Shown here: positions 50,001 through 59,761 of the stretch, in pieces
Numbering within the stretch: position 1 is the first letter of the stretch
Layout of the letters: every line of letters starts with the position of its first letter
Notes under the pieces: generated by a model
The model's input: only the letters and a program-made list of their open reading frames with translations
Database searches by the model: none
Told to the model about the DNA's origin: nothing
Made by a program: the position numbers and the translations under genes
Assembly: GCA_965203445.1 (NCBI GenBank)
Contig: OZ241883.1
Coordinates: forward strand, 1,152,001 to 1,216,000
Direction of reading: 5' to 3'
Length of the DNA stretch: 64,000 bases
Source of the DNA: Candidatus Oxydemutator sp.
GTDB lineage: Bacteria > Pseudomonadota > Gammaproteobacteria > Poriferisulfidales > Oxydemutatoraceae

Positions 50001-50425
50001 CAAAACCGCTGCCGGCCTGGCACCATCCGCAAGTGAAGGCCGCGACCGGACACTTTGCCCGCCAGATTCAGGAAAAAGCGATTGCCGAACAACAGACGCC
50101 GCAACTGAACCTGCAACAACGCGAAGCCATCGAATATGTCAGAGTATTCTGCGACCACAAAGTGAGCGGCGACGAGGAAAAACAGCGTATGCGCCAAGCC
50201 ATGGAATGGATGAAAATCGGGCGCTCGCAGCCACTGCACCGGGACCTGCAAAAGCTGAAACGCAGCCAGAAAAAATCGCCGACGGTTCCGGCCCTCCAGC
50301 TGGAAGCCATCCTCAAAATCATAGACAAGCACGTGCCGCCCGGGACAGACCGCCCCGAGAAAACCGCACCGGCCACAAAGCCTGACCAGCCGCCGCGCAT
50401 CATCATCTCCCAGAGCTACCTGTAA
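47030..50425 (+). CDS. PLD-nuclease + SF2/SNF2-like helicase (restriction-like subunit)
   Basis: LHAKIY...GSSNLT, ADVVGLGKT, VDEAH, SATP, EGVNL, QRIGRINRIG. Confidence 0.9.
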   Translation: MSTKFFTNDGKGTLLGKFAAVFEHNPQLVAFDALAGYFRATGYFRLRPHLERIGQVRILVGIDVDKWSSAAHQTGLALRFGADQEQVAQDFRRKLKKEIADAPYDSDLEDGVLRFVEDVSSGKVVIKAHPSRRLHAKIYIFRPENFNEHSGGEVITGSSNLTEAGLGASDRDANYEFNVSLRDYDDVKFATDEFERLWREAVDILPEAVVAAKNETHLGDDCTANDLYLKLLIEYFGKEIEFDPDRITDVPSNLMRLNYQMDAVEQGYALLDRHRGFFLADVVGLGKTVIAIMIARKYFFMNGYPEYRSHTLVVCPPAVEANWRDTIDDFRLDNPHFITTGSLHKIDDPDKYDLIIVDEAHKFRNNTSESYAQLQRIANTPCRNGKLKRVILVSATPLNNRPDDLKNQILLFQDANNGTLDVNLARFFSEAERRYSQLIRKTGQDGKANKAKLHGLFEQIRLKIIEPLTVRRTRGDLLEHPLYAEDLREQGVVFPTINKPQTLLYPLSRKLNELYEQTVARIQNRNGAGLQYARHRLIEFLKPEHKKDYQRADFIVKQLTAIMKTLLVKRLDSSFHAFHRSLRRALDASDMLLKMWADDRIIIASSVDLQKYIEEGKEEDEGAELMAQLEREQATNPGLKILTRDDFEQGWHGLMERDHAILREMEQQWRQANTQPDPKLAELLKQLPATLLAPRQNPERKLVIFSEAADTTDYLAARLQEKDYRVLAVTAHNRGQQKDAIEQNFDANHAPDEQKSDYDVIIATEALAEGVNLHRANTIVNYDTPWNATRLMQRIGRINRIGSQAEQIYIYNFLPTEQVEGDINLRHRAQVKLQAFHSILGEDSQIYTPDEKYKSFGLFDKNVTEEREISERLACLMEIRRFREQHPDEFKRIKNLPLKIRNAVPVAGAVPDDDDGDDGGTIPGDHTVAPPNATLCFLRNPAHDAFYQVEGYRADDDGGDGNGDGGDDGRVKELGFLEAVAMMKAHKDAATKPLPAWHHPQVKAATGHFARQIQEKAIAEQQTPQLNLQQREAIEYVRVFCDHKVSGDEEKQRMRQAMEWMKIGRSQPLHRDLQKLKRSQKKSPTVPALQLEAILKIIDKHVPPGTDRPEKTAPATKPDQPPRIIISQSYL

Positions 50426-53400
50426 TGGCCGACAAACAAGCACTGCAAGCGCTATTCGCCGCCGCCTACGACCGCGACCGCTGGCTTAAGCAACTGCATG
50501 ATATTTTTGCCGGGCGCCTGGAGGAGTTTGCGGCACCGCACGCTTTGCCGGCGAAAGAAGGCGAGGATGCGCCCCCGCGCCACTATCTCGGCAACCTCAC
50601 CACCGCGGACGGCAAAAAACTCGGCATCTTCGAGATACCGGTGGGCACCAATATCCGCCTTGCCCGCAACCGCGTGCAACTGCGCAACCTCGTGGCGCGC
50701 CAAGTGCAGGAACATACCCTGAACGGCGCCCTGGCCGTCTATCCCGACGCCGACAACCGCTGGCGCTTCAGCTACATCGCCGTTACCGGAAAACTGGATG
50801 AGAAGGGCGCCATCACAAAAGAAGAAACCGCCCACAAACGCTACACCTACCTGTTGGGCGAAGGCATGCAGACCCGTACTGCGGTCGACCGCTTTGTCGC
50901 CTTGCCGACACCCCCCATCCTCGAACAACTCGACTATGCCTTTGCGACGGAACCGCTCAACAAAGTGTTCTACCAGGAGCTTTACCATTGGTACGAACGC
51001 GCCAAACTTCATGTGGTGTTCCCCAACGATGAACGGGAAGAGGAAGACACGCACGTCTCCACAAGCCTGATTCGCCTGCTGACCCGATTACTCTTTATCT
51101 GGTTTATGAAGGAAAAGGAACTGATCAATCAGGATTTCTTTGTCCTCGATAAGGTCAGACACATGATTGATTGGAACAGGGAGAGCAGCTACTACAAAGC
51201 CATCCTGCAAAACCTGTTTTTTGCCACTTTGAACCGCGAGATCCCAAAGCGCCGGTTCCGCACCACCAACGCCAAGGGCAAGCCGACCGGCAACAACTAC
51301 CTGGTGACCAATGTCTATCGCTATGAGCGCTATTTCAAAGGCATGAAAAAAGCGGAAATTATCAAGCTGTTCGCCCAAACCCCGTTCCTGAACGGCGGCC
51401 TGTTCGAGTGCCTGGACAGAGACGCCGATGAAGAGAAACAACGGGTTTATGAGAAAGACAGAACTATTCGCAAAGAGAGAAAAGAGAAACGAGCAATCCG
51501 CATGGACGGCTTTTCCGACCATGACAAAAACCGGCTGCGTGTGCCCAACGACCTGTTTTTCAACGACGACGAAGAACAACCCGGCCTCATCAACCTGCTT
51601 TCCCGATACCAGTTCACCGTGGAAGAAAGCATGCCGTTGGATGCAGACGTGGCGTTGGACCCCGAACTCCTGGGGTTGGTGTTTGAAAATCTGCTGGCAT
51701 CCTACAACCCCGAAACCGAGCAAACCGCCCGCAAAGCCTCCGGCTCCTACTACACCCCGCGCGAGATCGTCTCCTACATGGTGGACGAAAGCCTGAAAGC
51801 ATATTTTGCGCAAGCAACCGACGTGGCCGACACAAAGATCAACCGCTTGTTCCTGCCCCCGCAGGCAGGCAAGGATTCGACTACCGGCGCGGCAAGCGAA
51901 CTCACCGAGAATGAGACGACGGCCCTCATCCAGGCGATAGATACCATCAAGATCATTGATCCTGCGGTCGGCAGCGGCGCCTTTCCGATGGGGATATTAC
52001 AGCGATTGGTGCAGATACTCGGCATTGTTGATCCCGAAAACAAACGCTGGAAAAAACGGCAAACGGACATTATTGACAAACTGCCGGACACCGAGAGCCG
52101 CGAGCAGGCACGCAAGGAAGTGGAAACTATTTTCAGCGAAAAGAATCGTTTTAACGATTTCGGACGCAAGCTGTATCTGATCGAAAAGTGCATCCACGGC
52201 GTGGACATCCAGCCCATCGCCTGCCAGATTGCCAAGCTGCGCTTCTTCATCTCGCTGACCATCGAGCAGAAGCCGACCGATGACCCTCACGACAACCGCG
52301 GCATCAAACCACTCCCCAACCTCGAAACCAGGTTTGTCGCCGCCGATACGCTGCTGGGACTTGACAGACCGGCCCAACGCACATTGGGACAAACCGACGC
52401 CGTCAACCGGTTGGAACGGGAGCTGAACGCCAATCGGGAGCGACATTTTCGCATCACCACACGCAAATCAAAGATGGCGTGCTGGAAAAAGGACAAGGAA
52501 CTGCGAAACCAACTGGCCACCGAGCTGAAACAGGCCGGCTTCCCCGCCACCAACGCCGACAAAATTGCCCGCTGGGATCCCTACGACCAGAATGCCTCAG
52601 CAGCTTGGTTCGACCCTGCATGGATGTTCGGCGTCAAGGGTGGCTTTGATGTAGTTATCGGCAATCCACCCTATGTCGAGTCAAGAAATAGTTTGCTGCC
52701 AAATGAACTAAAGAATTCTTACGGAAAGCAGGTACTAAGTGACTGGAAAGAAACCTTACCTCGTGGAAGTGATTTGCTTATCTACTTTTACGCTCGCTCC
52801 TCGAAACTACTAAAGCGTGATTCAAGTTACGGCTGTTTTATCACTCAAAACGCTTGGCTAAGCACCGACTATGGGAAAAAATTTCAAAAGTTTTCAATCG
52901 GAAAACTCTCTTTCCAGAAGATCGTTGACACCTCCTCCAAATTCTTTCTCGATACCAAAAGCCAAAACATCAATGCAGTTATCACATTTTTTACTACGAA
53001 ACCATTGCAAACCATAGAATATGGGGTTGCTGATAGCAATATGACTGTTGCCTCAATGAAGAATATTAAAGCGAAGCAAACAATGAAATGGGGACACCTT
53101 TTTTCTATGCCACAATTCTTCGCGGATATATTGTCGAAAATGTCTGCTAACGCTGGTACGAGCAATACGATCAAGTTTGGACAAGGATTAAACTTCCCTC
53201 TGCAAGAATTAAACAAAGTGGGAGCCAAAATACCTATTATTGTCAAAACCTCGTGGTTCGTTGCCAAATCTGCCGACGGGCTGATACTTCAGGCTAACAG
53301 GAAAAAAGAAAAAATACCGGCACTGATTCTACCGCGTGGAGTGGGAAACCGGCACTATTGCACCTTTAATTTGTGCAGGGCATTTTCATACAGCCATGTA

Positions 53401-53787
53401 GAATTATATCTACCTGATGACTTACGAAATTCGGCAAAGCACTATTGCCTATGGCTCTATCTCAACTCTTCCTTTGTTTGGTTGTATAGAGAAATCACAG
53501 GTAGAAAGAATCTTGGGGGAGGCTTGTTGAAGGCCGAGGCAACGGATATGAAAGCATTGCCTGTTGATTTTGACTTTGATTTTGGCAAGGACGCAAAAAA
53601 GGTGTTTAATAGTATCCGAGATAGAACACCAATGCCCGTTTTGGAGGAAATTCATACGAAGGATCATATTCTCATAGACGAAATAGTGGCTAACTATTTT
53701 GGTTTTACAGATATGCAAGGAACCATTAGAGAAACTCTATCTGAACAGGTTAATTTTCGTCTGAACAGAGTGCGCCCCCAACACTGA
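50425..53787 (+). CDS. Eco57I/TaqI-class N6-adenine MTase with C-terminal TRD (type IIG-like)
   Basis: GSYYTP, IDPAVGSGAF, GVDIQ, GFDVVIGNPPY; coupled to the helicase by TAATG. Confidence 0.92.
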   Translation: MADKQALQALFAAAYDRDRWLKQLHDIFAGRLEEFAAPHALPAKEGEDAPPRHYLGNLTTADGKKLGIFEIPVGTNIRLARNRVQLRNLVARQVQEHTLNGALAVYPDADNRWRFSYIAVTGKLDEKGAITKEETAHKRYTYLLGEGMQTRTAVDRFVALPTPPILEQLDYAFATEPLNKVFYQELYHWYERAKLHVVFPNDEREEEDTHVSTSLIRLLTRLLFIWFMKEKELINQDFFVLDKVRHMIDWNRESSYYKAILQNLFFATLNREIPKRRFRTTNAKGKPTGNNYLVTNVYRYERYFKGMKKAEIIKLFAQTPFLNGGLFECLDRDADEEKQRVYEKDRTIRKERKEKRAIRMDGFSDHDKNRLRVPNDLFFNDDEEQPGLINLLSRYQFTVEESMPLDADVALDPELLGLVFENLLASYNPETEQTARKASGSYYTPREIVSYMVDESLKAYFAQATDVADTKINRLFLPPQAGKDSTTGAASELTENETTALIQAIDTIKIIDPAVGSGAFPMGILQRLVQILGIVDPENKRWKKRQTDIIDKLPDTESREQARKEVETIFSEKNRFNDFGRKLYLIEKCIHGVDIQPIACQIAKLRFFISLTIEQKPTDDPHDNRGIKPLPNLETRFVAADTLLGLDRPAQRTLGQTDAVNRLERELNANRERHFRITTRKSKMACWKKDKELRNQLATELKQAGFPATNADKIARWDPYDQNASAAWFDPAWMFGVKGGFDVVIGNPPYVESRNSLLPNELKNSYGKQVLSDWKETLPRGSDLLIYFYARSSKLLKRDSSYGCFITQNAWLSTDYGKKFQKFSIGKLSFQKIVDTSSKFFLDTKSQNINAVITFFTTKPLQTIEYGVADSNMTVASMKNIKAKQTMKWGHLFSMPQFFADILSKMSANAGTSNTIKFGQGLNFPLQELNKVGAKIPIIVKTSWFVAKSADGLILQANRKKEKIPALILPRGVGNRHYCTFNLCRAFSYSHVELYLPDDLRNSAKHYCLWLYLNSSFVWLYREITGRKNLGGGLLKAEATDMKALPVDFDFDFGKDAKKVFNSIRDRTPMPVLEEIHTKDHILIDEIVANYFGFTDMQGTIRETLSEQVNFRLNRVRPQH

Positions 53788-53820
53788 GTGCAAATCACTT
53801 GGGTGGCCAAGCCCATTAAG

Positions 53821-53931
53821 TCCACCAACACCACCGACACCAGCGCCCAAGAAACCAAAATCAACCACCTCGTATATAATCTCTACAACCTGACCCCAAA
53901 AGAAATCGCCGCATTGGAGCAGAAAAAATGA
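53821..53931 (+). pseudogene. Remnant of a type IIG MTase C-terminus (type A copy 1)
   Basis: Translates DTSAQETKINHLVYNLYNLTPKEIAALEQKK*; its TGA overlaps the next ATG. Confidence 0.75.
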
Positions 53932-55295
53932 ACAAACCAGCCAAGGTATTCATCACCTATTCACATCGCAATAAAGACGCGAGGGAAAAACTGAGCGAGC
54001 GCCTTGCGGTGATGGAGAAAAATGGGGAGATAGAAATCTGGCACGATAACGAAATACTCCCGGGCGACAGGTGGCGAGAAGAGATCTCCAAGAATCTTGC
54101 CGGTTCAGATATTCTGCTTCATCTTACTTCCGCGGCCAGCCTTGCCTCCGAAAACTGCAACAGAGAACTGACCGAAGCACTGCGAAGTGAGGAAAGGATA
54201 CGTAGGATTCCCATCATCCTCGAAGCTTGCGACTGGAAGCACGAACATGATCTCAGTCAGATTGAGGCACTTCCCGACAAAGGCAAACCTATCAACGAGT
54301 GGAAACCTAAGAGCAAAGGTTGGCAAAGTGTAGTCGACGGCCTACGCAAAGCTATCCAGAAAACCCGCCAGCTCATGCAGGAAGAGCAAAGTGAAGCACA
54401 GGCTTATTTGATGCTGCAAAATGGCAATTTTTTTGCGATATTAGGGCAACTGGAAGACGCAATAAACACTTATTCACAAGCCATTAAGATCAAATCAGAT
54501 TTTGCCGATGCCTATTGCAATCGCGGCATTGTTCATGCCAAGAAAGGCGACCATGACCAAGCCATCCGAGACTACAACCAAGCCATTGAACTAAACCCCG
54601 ATTTTGCCGAGGCCTATTACAATCGCGGCATTTCCTGCGAGAAGCAGGATAACCATAACCAAGCCATCCAGGATTACAGTAAAGCCATCGAACTAAAGCC
54701 CAGTTATACCGAGGCCTATAACAATCGCGGCGTTGCCTACGAGAAGCAAGGCAACCTTAACCAAGCCATCCAGGATTACAGTAAGGCCATTGAACTAAAT
54801 CCCAATTTTGCCAACTATTATTTCAATCGCGGCCTTGCCTACGAGAAGCAAGGCAACCTTAACCAAGCCATCCAGGATTGCAGTAAAGCCATTGAACTAA
54901 ATCCCGATTATGCCGAAGCCTATAACAATCGCGGCCTTGTCTACGAGAAGCAAGGCAACTTTAACCAAGCCATCCAGGATTACAGTAAGGCCATTGAACT
55001 AAATCCCAATTATGCCGATGCCTATTGCAATCGTGGCACTACTTACTTTGAACAGGGTGATTTTGACCAAGCCATCCGAGACTACAACCAAGCCATTGCG
55101 CTCCAGCCAGATTTTGCCGAGGCCTATTGCAACCGAGGTATAGTTTGGTTGTGCAAGCAAGCATGGAATGAAGCCAAGTCAGATTTGGAGACCGCCAAGG
55201 AAAAGGGCATGAACATTGCCAAGCGAATGTCTGACTTTGTAGAGAAATACCAGAGCCAACTACCGGAGGACATCATAGATATACTGACCGAATAA
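53928..55295 (+). CDS. TIR-domain + TPR protein (about 8 TPRs)
   Basis: VFITYSHRNK, IWHDNEILPG, SENCNREL, IPIIL; then AYxNRG repeats. Confidence 0.9.
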   Translation: MNKPAKVFITYSHRNKDAREKLSERLAVMEKNGEIEIWHDNEILPGDRWREEISKNLAGSDILLHLTSAASLASENCNRELTEALRSEERIRRIPIILEACDWKHEHDLSQIEALPDKGKPINEWKPKSKGWQSVVDGLRKAIQKTRQLMQEEQSEAQAYLMLQNGNFFAILGQLEDAINTYSQAIKIKSDFADAYCNRGIVHAKKGDHDQAIRDYNQAIELNPDFAEAYYNRGISCEKQDNHNQAIQDYSKAIELKPSYTEAYNNRGVAYEKQGNLNQAIQDYSKAIELNPNFANYYFNRGLAYEKQGNLNQAIQDCSKAIELNPDYAEAYNNRGLVYEKQGNFNQAIQDYSKAIELNPNYADAYCNRGTTYFEQGDFDQAIRDYNQAIALQPDFAEAYCNRGIVWLCKQAWNEAKSDLETAKEKGMNIAKRMSDFVEKYQSQLPEDIIDILTE

Positions 55296-55312
55296 GGCTT
55301 CTCCTTTCATTG

Positions 55313-55544
55313 CCCCCTCCCTCACCCGGCCTGCGGCCACCCTCTCCCAGAGGGAGAGGGTTTGGTTGACAGGAGTATCCCCACATAGGCCACCTTCATC
55401 CGCTTGGTGGACGCTATAATAGCCGCCAAATCCACCAATCCAACCGCCGACACCAGCCCCCAAGAAACCAAAATCAACCACCTCGCATATCAACTCTACA
55501 ACCCGACCCCGAAAGAAATCGCCGCTGTGGAAGACAAAACATGA
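55313..55544 (+). repeat. Inter-cassette spacer: palindrome + MTase C-terminal remnant (type A copy 2)
   Basis: CCCTCTCCCAGAGGGAGAGGG, then FIRLVDAIIAAKSTNPTADTSPQETKINHLAYQLYNPTPKEIAAVEDKT* overlapping the next ATG. Confidence 0.8.
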
Positions 55545-56875
55545 ATAATCAGACCGACAAAAACCAATTAGAAACAGTGCTGGAAATCATCAACCGCCTC
55601 GCCAAAGAATCGGTTAGCGGTGACTACATTTATCGTGGCGAACCCAAATGCTACGAGAAAGTATCATCCCGCCTCTACAGAGAAGAATGTAAGGATATAA
55701 AGGTTGATGGCTTTGACATTGAGGTTGTACAACAGGAAATACTAAAAGACGCTAAGCAATACACCACGCTGACAGATAAACTCGAAATTCTATCCGAACT
55801 CCAGCACTATGGCGGTAATACCAACCTGATAGACTTCACCACTGATTACCTGATCGCCCTTTTCTTTGCCTGTAACAGTTTGCTTGGCAAAGATGGTAAA
55901 GATGGCAGGGTGATCTTGCTGGAAAATACAGGCGAGTCTATTAACCAACCTCGAAATCCGCTCAATCGCATCATTGCCCAGAAGAGTAGATTCATCCGCC
56001 CGAAGCAAGGCTTCATTGAACCGAAAAAATATAAGGTCATTAAGATTTCAAAAGAGCTCAAGCCGCACATCTTGACGCACCTGCGAAAATCTCACGGCAT
56101 CTCCACGGAAACCATCTATAACGACCTACATGGATTCATAAGAAACCGAAGCATCCACCAAAGTGCCTACATAGAGTTCTATCGGGCATTTACCTATCAA
56201 GACAAAGGCGATAATGATGAGGCGATTAAACACTATACCGAAGCCATTAGACTCAATCCGAATTTAGTTGAGGCCTATAACAATCGCGGCCTTGCTTACT
56301 ATAGGAAAGATGACTACGACCAAGCCATCCAGGATTACAGTAAAGCCATTGACCTAAATCCTAATTATGCCAAAGCCCATTACAGTCGCGGCATTGTTTA
56401 CTATAGAAAAGGCGAACTTGATGAAGCCTTCCAAGACTTCACCCGAGCTATTGAACTACAGCCAGATTTTACCGATGCTTATTACAACCGCGGCGTTGCT
56501 TACTCTAGCAAAGGTGAATTTGATGAAGCTATCAGAGACTACAACCAAGCTATTGCGCTCAATCCAGATCATGCCGAAGCCTATAACAACCGTGGTGCTG
56601 CTTACGATAAGAAAGGTAATTTTGATAAAGCTGCCGAAGACTACAACCAAGCCATTACGCTCCAGCCAGACAATGCTGTTGCCTATTTCAACCAAGGTAC
56701 AGTCTGGTTGCGCAAGCAGGCATGGGATGCAGCCAAGTCAGATTTGAAGGCCGCCAAGGAAAAGGGCGCAGACATTGCCGAGCTATTTTCCAATGACTAT
56801 GGCAGCGTTTCAGCCTTTGAAGAGAGATACCATATTCAACTACCAGCGGACATCAGAGATATGCTGACCGCATAA
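55541..56875 (+). CDS. FRG-domain + TPR protein (about 6 TPRs)
   Basis: YIYRGE, LQHYGGNTNLIDFT, IALFFAC, NRIIAQKS; TPRs plus shared C-terminal cap. Confidence 0.88.
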   Translation: MNNQTDKNQLETVLEIINRLAKESVSGDYIYRGEPKCYEKVSSRLYREECKDIKVDGFDIEVVQQEILKDAKQYTTLTDKLEILSELQHYGGNTNLIDFTTDYLIALFFACNSLLGKDGKDGRVILLENTGESINQPRNPLNRIIAQKSRFIRPKQGFIEPKKYKVIKISKELKPHILTHLRKSHGISTETIYNDLHGFIRNRSIHQSAYIEFYRAFTYQDKGDNDEAIKHYTEAIRLNPNLVEAYNNRGLAYYRKDDYDQAIQDYSKAIDLNPNYAKAHYSRGIVYYRKGELDEAFQDFTRAIELQPDFTDAYYNRGVAYSSKGEFDEAIRDYNQAIALNPDHAEAYNNRGAAYDKKGNFDKAAEDYNQAITLQPDNAVAYFNQGTVWLRKQAWDAAKSDLKAAKEKGADIAELFSNDYGSVSAFEERYHIQLPADIRDMLTA

Positions 56876-56892
56876 GGATTTCCATTTCATTA

Positions 56893-57077
56893 CCCCTCCC
56901 CCGGCCTTCGGCCACCCTCTCCCAGAGGGGGAGGGTTTGGCTGATAGGAATATCCGCTGTGAAGGATAGCCACAATCAGGGAGGATAGGCTACTATAATC
57001 AAACAAAACTTGACTACCTAATCTACCGAAGCACAATCTCAGCCAAGCCGAAATCGCCACTTATGGAGAAAAAATGA
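56893..57077 (+). repeat. Inter-cassette spacer: palindrome + type B remnant
   Basis: Palindrome, then GCCACAATCAG...CTATAATCAAACA...TTGACTACC...GCCAAGCCGAAA shared with 59649; frameshifted LDYLIY..NLSQAEIA. Confidence 0.7.
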
Positions 57078-58579
57078 ACGAACCGGCCAAACTGTTCATC
57101 ACCTATTCGCATCGGGACAAAGACGCGAAGGACAAACTGATCGAGCGTCTTGCGGTGATGGCCCACAATGGGGAGATAGAAACTTGGCACGACAACGAAA
57201 TTCTCCCAGGCGACCAATGGAAGGAAAAAATCTCCGACCGTCTCGCCGGTTCGGATATTCTGCTTTATCTTACTTCCGCGGCCAGCCTTGCCTCCGAAAA
57301 CTGCAACAAGGAACTGACCGAAGCACTGCAAAGCAGGGGAAGGATACGTACGATTCCCGTCATCCTTGAAGCTTGCGACTGGCAGGAACATAAGCTCAGT
57401 CAGTTTGAGGTGCTCCCCCACAAAGGCAACCCCGTCAACGAGTGGAAGCCTGAGAGCAAAGGTTGGCAAAATGTAGTCGAAGGCATACGCAAAGTTATCC
57501 AGGAAATCCAGGCTATCCAGGCAACCCGCCGGCCCATGCAAGAAAAGCAAAGTGAAATACTGGCTTATTTGATGCTGCAAAATGGCAATTTTTTTGTGAT
57601 GTTGGGGCAACCAGCAAACGCAATAGCCGCTTACTCACAAGCCATCAAGATCAAACCGGATTTTGCCGCAGCCTATAATAATCGCGGCGCCGCATACGAT
57701 AAGAAAGGTAAATTTGATGAAGCTATCGAGGACTTCAACCAAGCCATTGAACTGAACCCCAATCATGCTGAGGTCTACTACAATCGCGGCATTGCTCATG
57801 GCAAAAAAGGCAACTATGACCAAGCCATCCGAGACTGCAACAAAGCCATTGCGCTCCGGCCAAGTGATGCCGATACCTATAACAATCGCGGCATTGTCTA
57901 TGAAAAGCAAGGCAACCCTAACGCAGCCATCCAGGATTACAGTAAAGCCACTGAACTAAATCCCGATTATGCCGAGGCCTATTACAATCGCGGCATTGCT
58001 CATGGTAAAAAAGGCGACTATGACCAAGCCATCCAAGACTTCGACAAAGCCATTGAACTAAACCTGAATTATGCCGGGACCTATAACAATCGCGGCGTTG
58101 TCTACGAGAAGCAAGGCAACCATGACCAAGCCATCCGAGACTACAATAAAGCCATTGCGCTAAACCCCAATTTTGCCGAGGTCTATTGCAATCGCGGCGT
58201 TATCTATAAGAAACAAGGCAACTCTAATCAAGCCATCCAGGATTTCAGTAAAGCCATTGAACTAAATCCCAATTTTACCGGGGCCTATTACAATCGCGGC
58301 CTTGCTCATGGCAAAAAAGGCGACTATGACCAAGCGCTCCGAGACTTCAACCAAGCCATTGAACTACACCCTAATTATGCCAAAGCCTATTTCTACCGAG
58401 GCATGGTCTGGTTGCTCAAGCAAGCATGGGATAAAGCCATGTCAGATTTGAATACCGCCAGGGGAAAGGGCCTGAATATTGCCGAGCTGTTTTCCAGCGC
58501 CTTTGGCAGCGTTCCTGCCTTTGAACAGAAATACCGTATCCAACTACCGCAGGACATCAAAGATATGCTGACCGCATGA
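57074..58579 (+). CDS. TIR-domain + TPR protein (about 9 TPRs)
   Basis: Paralog of 53928; SENCNKEL. Confidence 0.9.
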   Translation: MNEPAKLFITYSHRDKDAKDKLIERLAVMAHNGEIETWHDNEILPGDQWKEKISDRLAGSDILLYLTSAASLASENCNKELTEALQSRGRIRTIPVILEACDWQEHKLSQFEVLPHKGNPVNEWKPESKGWQNVVEGIRKVIQEIQAIQATRRPMQEKQSEILAYLMLQNGNFFVMLGQPANAIAAYSQAIKIKPDFAAAYNNRGAAYDKKGKFDEAIEDFNQAIELNPNHAEVYYNRGIAHGKKGNYDQAIRDCNKAIALRPSDADTYNNRGIVYEKQGNPNAAIQDYSKATELNPDYAEAYYNRGIAHGKKGDYDQAIQDFDKAIELNLNYAGTYNNRGVVYEKQGNHDQAIRDYNKAIALNPNFAEVYCNRGVIYKKQGNSNQAIQDFSKAIELNPNFTGAYYNRGLAHGKKGDYDQALRDFNQAIELHPNYAKAYFYRGMVWLLKQAWDKAMSDLNTARGKGLNIAELFSSAFGSVPAFEQKYRIQLPQDIKDMLTA

Positions 58580-58596
58580 GGATTCCCATTTCATTG

Positions 58597-58828
58597 CCCC
58601 CTCCCTCACCCGGCCTGTGGCCACCCTCTCCCAGAGGGAGAGGGTTTGGTGAAGAAGAATATCCCCTGCATAGGCCATCTTCATCTGCCTGATGGACGTT
58701 ATAATAGTGCTATGCCCACCAAAGCTGGCTGCCGACACCAGCCTCCGAAAAACCAAAATCAACCACCTCATCTATCAACCCTGCAACCTGACCCCGAAAG
58801 AAATCGCCACCGTGGAGAAACAAAGTGA
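58597..58828 (+). repeat. Inter-cassette spacer: palindrome + type A remnant copy 3
   Basis: Palindrome, then ADTSLRKTKINHLIYQPCNLTPKEIATVEK. Confidence 0.78.
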
Positions 58829-59625
58829 GCACACAACCAATTGAAGCAGTTGCTGAATACCTTAAGCAAGTCTCAACAATAAAACAGCAGTGGCAGTCTC
58901 CTGTATTAGTCTTTCGCGGCCAGGAAAATGAAGAGTGGAGCTTGGAATCTTCGGCGGAACGCCGCCTGAAGAAGTCCGAGAGCAGAAAAAGAATAAACAA
59001 ACAGTTATTCATTAAGTATCACAAAGACCTGTTAAAGGAATGCAAGCTGAAGAACTATGACAGGCGGGAAGGCAAATCATTGCATGAACTGGAACTCCTG
59101 GCCGATCTCCGACACCATGGCGCCGCTACTTGCCTCATGGATTTCACGCGTAGTGCTCTCGTTGCTCTATGGTTTGCCTGCGAAAAATCAGAGGCGAATG
59201 GAAAAGTGTTTGTTGTCAACACCGCCAATAAAAAAACCTTTTCGGGAATAGAACCCGACGATATAGACAGCCAATCAATAGAAGACATTCTCAGATTTCA
59301 AACTCGTAAAAAGAAGCGAGTCAAACTACAGGAAGAAAGAACATCCAAAACAGTACAAAGCAGACGTTTTTGGCACTGGGCACCAGCACGCCTGAACGAA
59401 CGCATAACGGCGCAACATTCGCTGTTCCTCTTCGGCCCCCCTACCTCTGGAGAACCGGAGGCAGGAACGATACTTATAGAATCAGGGGAAAAAGCGCAAA
59501 TAAGGCGGGAACTGGAAGAAATACACGGGATCAATGAAGAGTCTCTCTTCCCGGATTTTGCAGGTTTTGCCTACACCCAGCGATACCGTGTCTGGGGTCA
59601 ATACTTGGACAAAAGCTTGGCATAG
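58825..59625 (+). CDS. FRG-domain protein without TPRs (possibly 3'-truncated)
   Basis: VFRGQ, LRHHGAATCLMDFT, VALWFAC, ERITAQHSLF, GINEESLFPD. Confidence 0.85.
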   Translation: MSTQPIEAVAEYLKQVSTIKQQWQSPVLVFRGQENEEWSLESSAERRLKKSESRKRINKQLFIKYHKDLLKECKLKNYDRREGKSLHELELLADLRHHGAATCLMDFTRSALVALWFACEKSEANGKVFVVNTANKKTFSGIEPDDIDSQSIEDILRFQTRKKKRVKLQEERTSKTVQSRRFWHWAPARLNERITAQHSLFLFGPPTSGEPEAGTILIESGEKAQIRRELEEIHGINEESLFPDFAGFAYTQRYRVWGQYLDKSLA

Positions 59626-59648
59626 AGTGATATTCTCCACAAGAGATG

Positions 59649-59761
59649 GCCACAATCAGAGTAGACAGGCTGCTATAATCAAACATAAGGTTGACTACCC
59701 AATCCAACCAATATTACTATCTCGGCCAAGCCGAAACCGCCGCTTAATGGAGGAACAATGA
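59649..59761 (+). repeat. Type B remnant spacer
   Basis: Homologous to 56969-57077; contains TGCTATAAT; TGA overlaps the next ATG. Confidence 0.7.
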
